From assembly GCA_951406725.2 (NCBI GenBank), contig OX597820.1:83514001-83578000 (forward strand): 64,000 nt of DNA. The letters are read 5' to 3'. This stretch comes from Octopus vulgaris (Eukaryota). The position numbers and the translations under genes are program-made. The notes beneath the pieces were generated by a model, which was given only the letters and a program-made list of their open reading frames with translations, searched no databases and was not told where the DNA came from. Positions 42,389 to 54,262 of the stretch are shown here, in pieces; position 1 is the first letter of the stretch, and every line of letters begins with the position of its first letter.

Positions 42389-42392
<4 letters not shown>
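37747..42392. repeat. Tandem array of an ~857-bp unit arranged [11 protein letters not shown]
   Basis: Anchor gatctagtaatctcaag at 37984, 38843, 39700, 40524, 41381 and 42238. L is about 392 bp (6 copies) and the CT-rich S about 467 bp (5 copies); both ends abut (TA)n. Confidence 0.95.
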
Positions 42393-42448
<56 letters not shown>

Positions 42449-42611
42449 TATAAATATATATATATATATATCTACATACATATAAATATATATATATATA
42501 TATATACATACATATAAATATACATATATATAACCATACATAAAATATACACTTATATATATATACATACCTAAAAATATACACATATATATATTTATAT
42601 ACATGATATAA

Positions 42612-42653
<42 letters not shown>

Positions 42654-42763
42654 ATATACACATATATATATATACATACATATAAACATACATGCAAATA
42701 TACATATATATACATACAAATATACATATATTTATATACATATAAATATATATATATACATAC

Positions 42764-42806
<43 letters not shown>

Positions 42807-42950
42807 TTTATGCTTATATGTATATATATATATTTATATATATATGTATATATATATATATACATACATATAAAAATAAATATATCTATATATACATATA
42901 AATATAAATATATGTATATATATATATATACATACATATAAATATAAATA

Positions 42951-43013
<63 letters not shown>

Positions 43014-43070
43014 AATATATATATATATAAATATAAATATATATTTATGTACATATAAATACATATATAT
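42393..43070. repeat. Degenerate TA/CA-rich low-complexity tract
   Basis: Direct reading. Confidence 0.9.
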
Positions 43071-44146
43071 AAATCCTTAAATCCTTAAAAATGTTTTAGC
43101 CCGAAGCCCGCGGCCCTGCTGGGGCACCAGCGCTGAATGAGCTACACTAATTTGTGAATCCACCTCTGATACGTGGCACTTGATCAACAAGGGAGTTCGA
43201 TGCTGCCCGCATCTGTGTCTCCTGTCGTGAGGTAGGTTCATCTGGGACTCCCGACAAGAAGAGATCCAGTTTAGTTTTAAAGAAACCCACATCCACACCA
43301 TGTAAGTCTCTCAGGCATCTAGGGAGGATGTTAAGGAGATGTGGTCCTCTGAAACCGAAGCCGTTGCAGTATCTGGACCTGTATTTTGATGGTGATGTTG
43401 GAATCCTTGTCACCATGCAGTGGCGCCCCCTTCTGCGGTTGGGGTAACTTTGAATGCCAAATTTTGGGACAAGACCCTCCAGGATTTTCCAGATGTATAT
43501 CACCTCATATCTCTCCCGCCTCCGATCTAGGGAGACGAGGTTTAATACCATCAGTCTTTCCCAGTAGCTGATATTTTGCATTGAGACGATTTTCATTGTG
43601 TAGCTTCTCTGAATTGCTTCGAGTTCTGCTATTAGTTTTATATTGTGTGGTGACCACAGTTGGGAGCAGTAGTCCAAGCGGCTGAGGACGAATGTTTTCT
43701 ATAGGACCATTAGTGTCTCCTTCTCTCTTGTTCTGAATGTTCGGAGAATCCATCCAGCTAGCCGTCTGCATTTTATCACCAGATTAGCAATATGCACTTG
43801 GAAAGATGCATCATTGCTCATGTCAATGCCCAGGTCACGCACTGATTTTGACTCAGGGATTGCAATTCTTCCTGGGCACGTTGTATCCAGTCTGCACGTT
43901 GTTTACCTTTGTGTGCCAGTAGCGCAGGGCCTGGAACTTACCTGCATTAAACTGCATGTTGTTGTCCTCAGCCCACCTGTATATTGTGTCCAACTCCTGT
44001 TGCAGATGCGCAATATTTTCAGGGTTTTGTATTGCATGGGAGACTTTTGTGTCATCTGCATAGCTCGCAAAGGTGGTCACCGTAGCAACTGAAGGCATGT
44101 CTGAAAGGGCCACTATGAACATCAGTGGCCCCAAGACAGTGCCCTG
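43071..44146 (-). mobile_element. 5'-truncated CR1-type LINE (RT C-terminal half), frameshifted
   Basis: QGTVLGPLMFIVALSDMP...YADDTK (43853-44146); DYCSQLWSPH...LEAIQRSYT...SYWERL..LNLVSLDRRRERY (43147-43677); 3' tail (AAGGATTT)x2 at 43071-43086. Confidence 0.9.
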
Positions 44147-44203
44147 TATATATTTATATATATATAATTATATATATTTATATATATATATATATATTTA
44201 TAA

Positions 44204-44232
<29 letters not shown>

Positions 44233-44234
<2 letters not shown>

Positions 44235-46080
44235 CTTTGATACTTTGATACTTTGATAGGTTTCGGCCATTATTGGCCCAGGCCATGTCTAACCCAATAG
44301 CACCACCTGGTGAAGTCTTTCAAGTCAGAATTTGGGCACTATGGCCCACTCAAGTAGAGAGTTATTGTTTACAGAGACATATCCGGGTGTAGGGGGTTTA
44401 TCCGGGATTTCTTGAAGGAATCTGTCCAAAGACTTCTTGAACCCTATAGGGTCAGTTTCTGTTTTAATGTGTTTTGGTGTAATGTTAAAGAGAGCGGGGC
44501 CAATTGAGGTGAAATAATTGTGCCGTATTGTTGTTATGAGATGAGAGTGCGATTTTTGTTTTGGGCGGATGGCACGGGGCCCAAGCCTTGGATGTACCTT
44601 AAAGGTGATGCCAACATCATTTGGGCAATGCTGATGGAATATTTTCCACATCATGCAGATGATGTAGCGCTCACGACGACGTTGGAGAGAATAGAGTTTA
44701 AGCTTTTCTAGTCGACCCCAATAGTCGAGGCCTGTCATGCCATCTATCTTTTTTTGTGATTGCCCTTTGAGGTGCTTCGACTTTTATGATACCTTGTATT
44801 GTGTGGGGAGACCACAGTGGACAACAGTATTCAAGGTGGGGTCGGGCAAAAGTGGAGAAGAGAAGGATAATGGTGTGGATATCTCTCGACTGGAAAGTTC
44901 TGAGAATCCAGGAACACATTCTGCGGGCCATGTCAACTTTGGTGTTTATATGAGTGGCCCAGCTTACGTTGTTGTCCACAATTACTCCCAAGTCTCTGAT
45001 GTTGTTGGACGCCGCGAGAGTTTCACCTGAAGGAAGGGAGTATGGGAGTTTCAGGGCATCCTCTTTTCCAAAGTGGATTAGCTCAAATTTATCCTCGTTC
45101 AGCAGCATATTGTTTTTTTTTTGTTTTTTTCTGCCCATTGGATAACAGCCAGTAGATCTGACTGAAGGCATGTCCGGTCACTCGCCTCATTTATGACCTT
45201 CTGTAGCTTGGAGTCATCTGCAAAGATTTTTATGTTGCTGTGCTTGATGATGTCATTAATGTCATTAATGTAAATGATGAAAAGAAGTGGGCCCAGCACA
45301 GTGCCTTGCGGAACGCCACTACTGACTTTGGCTGGGCTTGATTTTACCCCTTCAACTACAACATGTTGAGATCTGTCTGTCAGGAAACACTTAATCCATT
45401 TCAGTAACTTTCCAGAGACACCAATGTTGGATAGTTTTTTCAATAGGATCTTGTGATCGACCCTGTCGAAGGCCTTACTGAAATCAAGGTAGATGACATC
45501 GGTGTTGGAGCCCTCTCCCAAAGCTCTCAAAATGTCCTCAAAGTGATGCAGGAGCTGCGTTAGGCAGTCCCTTCCATTACGGAACCCATGTTGGTTGGAG
45601 ATCAGCCGTCTGTTGCTTTCCAGAAATTGGGTTATTTGAGATCTCACCACCCTCTCAAATACCTTGATGATATGAGAGGTGAGTGAGATCGGACGGTAAT
45701 TCACTGCAAGGGACTTGTTTCCCTTTTTGAAAACTGGGACAACAGACTGGGACAGAAGGTTTTTTGGAATATAGCCAGCATCCAGTGAGTTTCTCCACAG
45801 ATTAGCAAGGGGAGATGCAAGTTGGTGTCGACACACCTTCAGGACACAAGCAGGGAACCTATCGGGGCCTACTGCTGAATTGTGTTTTATTTCGTTTATC
45901 GCCAATAAGACATCAGGGGCACTAAACGTTATGTCCGATATAGTGTGTTGGGGGTTGACATCACTGATACAGCCCAGATCGGCCATATCAGGATTGCTGA
46001 AAACAGAGCAGTATTGTTTCTGCAGTATCTCGGCCATGGATTTGGCATTATCTTGGAGAGTGCCAGTTTCGTCAATTAAT
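44233..46080 (-). mobile_element. 5'-truncated CR1-type LINE, near-intact RT region
   Basis: YRPISLTSHIIKVFERVV, QHGFRNGRDC, YLDFSKAFDRVDH, GVPQGTVLGPLLFIIYINDI, FADDSK; continues through ORFs 44698-45171 and 44325-44738 via two A-run frameshifts; 3' tail (TCAAAGTA)x3 at 44233-44256. Confidence 0.95.
45099..46080 (-). pseudogene. Reverse transcriptase domain of a CR1-type LINE (truncated)
   Basis: RT motifs as above in ORF 45099-46184; the track's N-terminus upstream of 46080 is microsatellite, not element sequence. Confidence 0.9.
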
Positions 46081-46701
46081 GTATATATATATACAATGTA
46101 TATATATATACATATATATTTATTTTGTGTATATATATATTTTTTCATACATATACGTACATGCACACATACGCACATACACATACGCTGCTCTGTGTGT
46201 CTTTCCGTTAGCTCTTATATGGGACTATCAATATGTATTTTAAGAACCAAATCTGGGTTTCCCTCCATAGATTATGCGAATTTGGTTTCTCCGCTCAACA
46301 AACGATGATATATATATGTTTGTGTGTGTGCGTGTGTTTGCGCGTGTGTCTGCGCACTCGTTTGTATGGATCTATTCTGCTGCTAATCCTACATGATTTT
46401 ATTTGTGCGGTATTATTCATTTTCATATACTACATCCCTTCAATCACATGAAGACATGTAGTCTGCCAAGTTAGAATTTAAATCTATATATGTGAAGGAA
46501 ATTAAATGAGATAGAACGAACGAAAAATATATTTTCTATAACGATTGCTATAGCCATCTTCTACAGATCAATAGTCAGTGCTCTTTTGTATGTTTTCTCA
46601 AATATATACGAGGAGACAGTATATTTTCTGAAATTTATACGAGGAGACAGCTGAAGTGAGTATAAAATCGAAATGAATATTATAGTAACAATACGAGGAT
46701 A

Positions 46702-47684
46702 TATTTTTGTAAACGATTTGAACAAATTACTGAAGAACGTTTTTTTTCCCACATATTGTTGTATAAACTTGGTACATATTTCTGGTCAACGAAGCGCATT
46801 ACATCATCGAAATCGATGTTCTATGCTGAAGGGAAGTAAGTGAGAACATCACGAATCTGCGAGGACAAGTAGTCAAATACATTGGTAAATGTTTTGACTG
46901 CAACTGAATTGATACACCTGCCAAAAAAGAAGACACTACTATTAGTAAGTGGATCATAAACTTTGATAAATCTGGGTTGAACGATAGCTTCAATAATTTG
47001 CATATATAGCATAATAATTCGTGTTTCTAAATTATTTTTGTAAAGGATTTGAACAAAGTACTGAAGAACGCTTTTTTTTCCCACGTATTGTTGTACAAAC
47101 TTGGTACCTATTTCTGGTCAACGAAGCGCATTACATCATCGAAATCGATGTTCTATGCTGAAGGGAAGTAAGTGAGAACATCACGAATCTGCGAGGACAA
47201 GTAGTCAAATACATTGGTAAATGTTTTGACTGCAACTGAATTGATACACCTGCCAAAAAAGAAGACACTACTATTAGTAAGTGGATCATAAACTTTGATA
47301 AATCTGGGTTGAACGATAGCTTCAATAATTTGCATATATAGCATAATAATTCGTGTTTCTAAATTATTTTTGTAAAGGATTTGAACAAATTACTGAAGAA
47401 CGCTTTTTTTTCCCACGTATTGTTGTACAAACTTGGTACCTATTTCTGGTCAACGAAGCGCATTACATCATCGAAGTCGATGTTCTGTGCTGAAGAGAGG
47501 TAAGTGAGAACATCACGATTCTGCGAGGACAAGTAGTCAAATACATTGGTAAATGTTTTGACTGCAACTGAATTGATACACCTGCCTAAAAAGAAGACAC
47601 TACTATTAGTAAGTGGATCATGAACTTTGATAAATCTGGGTTGTTCGATAGCTTCAATAATTTGCATATATAGCATAATAATTC
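46702..47684. repeat. Triplication of a 332-bp unique-sequence unit
   Basis: Anchor ttacatcatcgaa at 46799, 47131 and 47463; identical track ORFs lie 332 bp apart. Confidence 0.95.
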
Positions 47685-48551
47685 ATCCTGGGCTATTGTG
47701 GCGCTATGACCTATATCACTGTTTGATATCAGGTAACTGATGTCAGGAAATTAAAGGTAATTGAGCTAGTGGCTTGGCTTCAAAGCAGCCTCAGCAGCAA
47801 CAATCTTCGCGGTTGCACCGAAATTTTATGTGTATCTTTCAGCAGATAATTCTTATTAAGTCTTATTAATTATTTATTTACCAACAGATGAATACTGCAT
47901 GTCGGCAGAGATTGTGTTTCGCTGAGGCATGACTAGCCATTGCGTGCGACAGATGGCAGTCCTTCCTTTGATAAGGGTTTCGTTCCGTAGTCATGGTGTC
48001 TTCGAAGAAAACGGGAGACATTGCCGGAATTCTCTCTATACTTGCACTTAAGCGAGTGGATATGCTACGTGGAACTTCCCTTAATGTAATTGGTCACCAT
48101 GCACGTGTAGTGCCTTGTGATGTCATCTGATGTTGTGCGAGGGATTCTAAAGGCTACAGCGCACCAATGGCAGGATCCTCTTAGAGCGCAACTGGTAATG
48201 TTCCTGCGCCAGAGATGGGTACTAGAGGTTGAGCAGGTGCATGTTTGCATGTCTTATAGCATTCAGTGTTAGAAGCTAGATTATCTAAACAGGAGTAGCT
48301 AAACTTGAGATTGTGTGAATTGGCGAGCTTGTAATAACTTAGTCCTTCAGGAACGCTTCATAGTCAATGACAGGGAAAAGCTGGTTACGGTGTGAATATT
48401 TTGAGTAACCTGCATTCTTCTTCTAAATGAATTGAGAGAAATTGTAAATATATGGCAATAATATTTTGTATGTTAATGTATAAATGAGCTGTTAAACTGG
48501 AAATGTAATACTTCGTGCCTCTATTTAGTTTTCTGATCCTTTAATTACTTA

Positions 48552-49406
48552 CTGGGTATGATCAATAATTATCCGGACTGTTGTCATAGTAACGAAGTTA
48601 AAGCACGTAGAATGAATCCGCTTGGCACAGATCGACCTTGAATTCTGCTGTGCATGCGCACTAAAGTTTAACGTTCTAACTTATTCCCGCTATTTACAGC
48701 AGTGCTTCGAAAGAAGGTGTGTAGCATGTGATCGTCGCATTGAGCATGACAAAGTTGTCGTAGCGATACCTACCCCGAGTGTTACGCAAAGTTGATGAAA
48801 GTGTATGGAGAGGAGCATACGAACCGCACACAAGTGTGTGAGCGTTTAAGGTATTTGCAAGATGTCCGATGTTGACGAACGTTCTCGGAGACGTGCAATC
48901 TGCAGAACTGAGAATAACATCGCAGATGTGCATGCAGCTGTGAAGGGAAATCGTCGAATCAACATCTGTGAGTTATCAAAGGATATGCAGATTAGTTATT
49001 GTTCAGTTCACTCCATTATCACTTATGATTTGGGAATAACACACGGGTCTGCCAAGTTTGTGCCAAAACTGATTTCAGCTGACCAAGAAAACACTCAGAA
49101 TTCAGTTGTATAAGATCCCCTTAATTGTGTGGAGAATGATTTAAACTTTTTGAAAACTTTGCGTAAGCCTCTGAACAGGCATCGCGAAGCTTTCAGCAAA
49201 GTTTCATGCAGGTTCTCAACATTCTCTGTCATTTTCAATAAGACGATCACACGCTACGCACCTTTTTTCCAAGCATTGCTTTAAACGGCGGCAATGCGCT
49301 AGAACGTTAAAACATAGTGCGCATGCACAACAGAGTTCAAAGTCCATCTGCGTGCTTTAGCTTCATTACCATAGCAACAGTCCAGATACTTATTGATCAG
49401 ACAACG
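48552..49406 (+). mobile_element. Internally deleted mariner element with long imperfect TIRs
   Basis: Left tgatcaataattatccggactgttgtcatagtaacgaagttaaagcacg...gtgcatgcgcacta mirrors the right end, which closes CG-TA at 49405-49408. ORF 48862-49113 (DVDERSRR...RRINICELSKDMQISYCSVHSIITYDLG...SAKFVPKLISADQ) is a mariner N-terminal/linker region; the catalytic domain is missing. Confidence 0.85.
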
Positions 49407-52085
49407 TATTTTTCAGTCTGCACTTCAACCTTTTAGTTATACTACGGTACGTTGCTTTGTTTTCAGCGGAGGCGTATACTTTCACATTCCTGCTTTGGAT
49501 TTCTGTTACTATTTTTTTTCGTTTATCATCTTATCATATTATTCTTACATATAACGTTTTATCTTAATTACACCAATATATTCACTTTCATATGGTTTTA
49601 TTCAAAGTAGTTTTTCATTTATCGTATATTTTTATATAGCCATTTTTTTTTTAATTCTGCGCTAGAAAGTGCAGATATATATGCATTGGATATGTGCAGT
49701 ATTTTTCTTTACTTTTGGTATTGCTATTGTACTGAGACTGCCCTGTGTGACGTGTTTAATATCACGTAGCGCTATTTTCTATATTGTGTACACATCCGTG
49801 CCCTGTTATTTATGTTTGGCAATTATTTACCTGTTTTCCATCATTGGGAAATCGCCTACTATTATAGACAATGTTTATGTTTTCAGAGCTAATACGGGTG
49901 ATATTTGCATATCTCAATATTTAGATATATTTCCACCCCTTTTAGTAGTAAATTAACTTTCTTTGGGACTTATATGAACATGACACGTTCACCGAATCGC
50001 AAATAGATCCTTAGAAAAGAGAAAAAGGAAAAATATCTGGTAGTTTATCCTTAAACTCCCACGTTGTGTGTTTTGGCATATTTCAGAGCAAGAATTCTTT
50101 GCAGTTTTTGGAGAATTTATTCTCGTTCTTGCTTATATTGACTGCTATTTCTCTGTATTCATTGTGCTTGAATGCCCCAAATTCTAAGAAACAGCTTTAC
50201 TTGGCTTCGCTTGGGCAGCCAGTGCCAACGTAGTTAGTGCGTTCTTCCCCATGCTTACACATTCAGCAATAATAATATTTTACTCCATTGCCGTCAAATT
50301 GTGGTTTCTGGTGATGTGGCTCTTCTCTGCTTCACAGTAAAAAAGACACATCAATCTCTGTTTAATTCCTCCCTTTTTCAAACAAAGCAGAATTTCAGCT
50401 TTCTCTAGTACTGGCCATGTTCTGGCTGTTTTTGGACATGTTTTTTTCATGACTTTCTCTAGGCCCAATTGTCAGCTGTTACCGCAGACTTTATTTTGTG
50501 TTTGTTAACCTACAAGAAATCAGAAAACATTTAGTTTTTCAGGCTTCTTATCATTCTTCATGAATACTTGTCACTAGATATATTTACAAACCTATGATGC
50601 ATATTTTGTAATAAATAAATATAATTATTCACTATCACATTCCGAGTGGTGCATTTGAAACTTGCTTCCGTTATTTCCCTCACCCATATTTTCAGTTGTT
50701 GGACCATCCAATTCTGAAAATTACAGCTGAAATATTGATTACTTTCTCTTCTTTTGGTTTAGCAACAACTTCAATTTTATTCTTAACCCCTCTCCGGTTA
50801 AAAAACGTTTACGATTATTTAAAGATGCTTCTTTTGTCCGAAGAATACATCACCACAGAATTTTCAATGGTGCTGTATTCTATACAAAACAGTGCGAATT
50901 TTTGCCTTTGTAGTTCGTCTTGATTTATTATATTTCTCTAGTATTTATCGTTTTGATTTGATTAATTTTTGCTTTCTATTTTAGTAAGGACTGAAATTTT
51001 TCATATTTTTCGATATTTTTCTAAACATGCGTTTTCCAGCATGCATCTTTTGATACACCTGCTTGGGAGGATTTGAGGGAGCACGTAAAGAATCTTATAA
51101 TAACTGAGGTTACTCGGTTAATAATGTAGATGTCAAGATGTATTCTTACTTAAGGCGTTGATTGCTAAATCTTAGTTTATTTTTTCTCATTGTGTATTTA
51201 TAGTCAGAGTGGTGTGTAGATTTTAATCTCTAGAAGTTTATATTTATTAAAACAATCAATATAGTGCCAATCAAGCTTAAGGCTAAAACAAAACGTAGAC
51301 GCAGCTCATTAAAGAAAGCCTTTTAGCATTAAAATAAGGTAATTATTTTAAAAATATGTTTTAGAGATATTTTGAAAGATACAGTCATACATTGCATGTG
51401 ATTAAGAACAAATCATTTTCCTATTTATCGATATAAAGATATCTATCAATGAATAAAAACATACGAAGATACCTACATACCTACTTACCTGCCTACACAC
51501 ACGCACGCACAAACACACACACACACGCAAACACACACACACACGCAAACACACACATATGCAAAATATATAAATAATATGAAAAAATAATTATATCACT
51601 ATCCAGGGAGAAATAAAGTGCCATAAAATTTAGAATTATAATCACATAGTGAATGTACACGAAGTACAATCATTGCAATAAATAGCAGCCGCAAGATATC
51701 GGCGCTATGTACAATTTCACAGATGTATGCGGGCGGTGAATAAAGGAAAATTCTGCCTTACTTATCTGAAGATCTTTAGGGAATGAAGGATAATACAATA
51801 CTGCAGTTCAGACTTTTCGAATCGCGGAGGAATGAATCCGATTGGCACTCTTCAGTTGAATGTACGGTTAACGACCGAACTTTCAAAATATTCACTATTC
51901 TCAGCATGTTTACTCGGTTGATATATTCAGTGAAAATTCGAACCAATATCAGCGAAAAGATATGCAATAGATATAAATATTATTTAAAAAGGAATAATAT
52001 TACAATCCATCAAGAATAAAGCACTATAAAAGGTAGAATTATAAGTACAAAATGAATTATAGATACTTACACATATATATGTGTT

Positions 52086-52159
<74 letters not shown>

Positions 52160-52250
52160 TGAGTGTAATCAGAGAACGAAAGATACGTGCGTATATTGAA
52201 CTTCAATTTGAAGACTCCAGTAGAAAGGACGAAAGCGCTATTTTATGATA

Positions 52251-52605
52251 GAGCTCGCTCTGGTCGACATTGAGGCGACTGTACACAGCCACAGGCCCAC
52301 AGTCGACGCTGTGGCAACCGGAGCGAGCCCATGACACTCCATGGACCCTTAGTAAGGCATGTGTAAAATTTGAACGTAATTGAATGTGTAGTTCTCTAAA
52401 ACTTGAGAACTACAAAACCAATTTCGTTCAAATTTTACACATGCTTCACTTATGGTGCAAGGAGTGTCAGGGGCTCGCTCTGGGCGACATTGGGTCGACT
52501 GTCCACAGCTACCGGCCCACAGTTGACGCTATGGCGACTAGGGCTCGCTCTGGGCGGCATTGGTCTCACTAATACAAACGGGTTGGGTTGGGTTGGGTTG
52601 GGTTC
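52251..52605. mobile_element. Fold-back element: 160-bp palindrome flanked by ~70-bp direct repeats; class uncertain (MITE or Helentron-associated)
   Basis: 52321-52480 pairs in register around 52400; repeat R at 52251-52320 and 52471-52540, partial at 52541-52563; then (GGGTT)n. Confidence 0.55.
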
Positions 52606-53458
52606 TGAAGGAGAGGAAAGTAAGAAGTGTAATTATATATAGAGAACTATAGCACGAAGGCAGCATAAAAAAACCCTTCCTCAGTTGTTGGCAGTTTTAC
52701 CTACTCCACATTGCAACAAGATGCATCTATGTCAAAGCAATTGCTCCCCCAAAGCAAATTAAATAAAATTTGAGATACTCGGAACGTCAAAGCTGCTAAC
52801 AAAAACAGGACAGTGAAAACATTCGGTAAGGGCTGTTTATCCCTAACGAGGTGAAGTGGTGAACGCTGGAGAAAGAAAGCTTTGTCAATAGACAGACAAG
52901 AATGCATGAACGAGAAGAAAAAGAATTACATTTAGAAATAGATCTATAACTATTGAGGACAGAATTTCTGTTAGAAATAGAGAACTATTAATATTGAATT
53001 ATGCATAAAGTGCTGACTTAGGTTCGGGGGTTCCAATTTCTCTGTAAAATATAAGATAATCGCAAAATCATCGCACATGTCACCATCGATTACAAACACC
53101 GGTGGAAGATAAAAGTTCCAGATGACTTACTTGTTCTGTCGTTCGTACAAGGATCGTCTTATGTTTCGGCTTAAAATAAATTATAGATAGAAATATATAA
53201 AAACCAGAATAGAAACTAAACGTCTTAGGCATATAAAATGAGATAATATGAGATATCAAGGTGTTATAAACCTGAAACCCACTAGAATATCATAGATTAT
53301 ATATATCAAGTCATCCAGTCAGTTCTGTCCAATTTTACCTTTTTTTTAGATTTGAATGATATTTAATAGTATTTGCAAATGTCTAATTCAATTAAAAATT
53401 ATTTTTTTATGCATTTGTGTAAGTTTAAACTAATTAAATATTATTTTGCAAAATAATA

Positions 53459-54258
53459 GACGGTGTCCACAAAGTCTGCGTACATGGGGATTAACACATA
53501 CTTTTAAAACAAAACAATTTTAATTATTTATAATGTTAATAAATAATATTTTCAAAGTGATTTCCATCATTTTCAATGCATAACTTGATGCACCTTGCAA
53601 CATTCAGGTGAACTTGATTAAATAAGTCTACATTGCCATCAATTTCAGCACATAGACTGGTAATGCGTTATGTCATGTGTTTTAAATCTGTAATCGTTAT
53701 TGAGTAAACTTTCTCTTTCAACATACCCCAGAAAAAGAAATCAAGGGGAGAAAGGTCTGGTGAACGAGGGGACCATTCCATATGACCCCTTCTTCCAATC
53801 TAGTGAGGAAAAGTGTCATTAAGCCAATCTCTAACAGTTGTGGCAAAATGGGTAGGGGCCCCATCCTGCTGAAACCAATTCGGAAGGCCCTCGCCTAGGC
53901 GCTCAATTTAATATATTAATTTGTCTCTCAATATATTTGTATAAGTCTTATCCATTACACGTTCAATGAAGAAGGGTCCTAGAACATGAGCTTTCCAAAT
54001 ACCACACCACACAATCACCTTTTTGCTGCCTTGCTGTCTGGATAGATCCATCCAATGTGGATTACCTCGAGACCAGTATAGAAGATTTTGTCTGTTGACA
54101 TCACCATTTACATAACACGTAGCTTTGTCACTGAACAACACAAAGTTTTTCGTAAAATTGATATTTTCATCCAATTTATCAGAAAACCATTCGCACTTCT
54201 AAATTTGTCTATCAGGATCGCCTTCATTTAAGTGATGCAATATCTGTAGATATTGTAG
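53459..54258 (-). mobile_element. 3' half of a DD40/41D (rosa/Visitor-type) Tc1/mariner transposon
   Basis: FSDKATCYVNGDVNRQN...WCGIW...GPFF, then WFQQDGAPTHFATTVRDWLNDTFPH*IGRRGHMEWSPRSPDLSPLDFFFWG (40 residues between the last two D as read). One TIR-like end after TA at 53457; the 5' half is absent. Confidence 0.85.
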
Positions 54259-54262
54259 TCTA

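Noticed and set aside
37747-42392. CRISPR-like or host tandem-gene interpretation of the arrays (also 46702-47684)
   Set aside because: The units are long and identical throughout, with no unique spacers and no cas genes; the context is eukaryotic.
50100-50950. Complex AT-rich sequence with short ORFs, possibly a transposase
   Set aside because: No catalytic motif or terminal repeats were identified.
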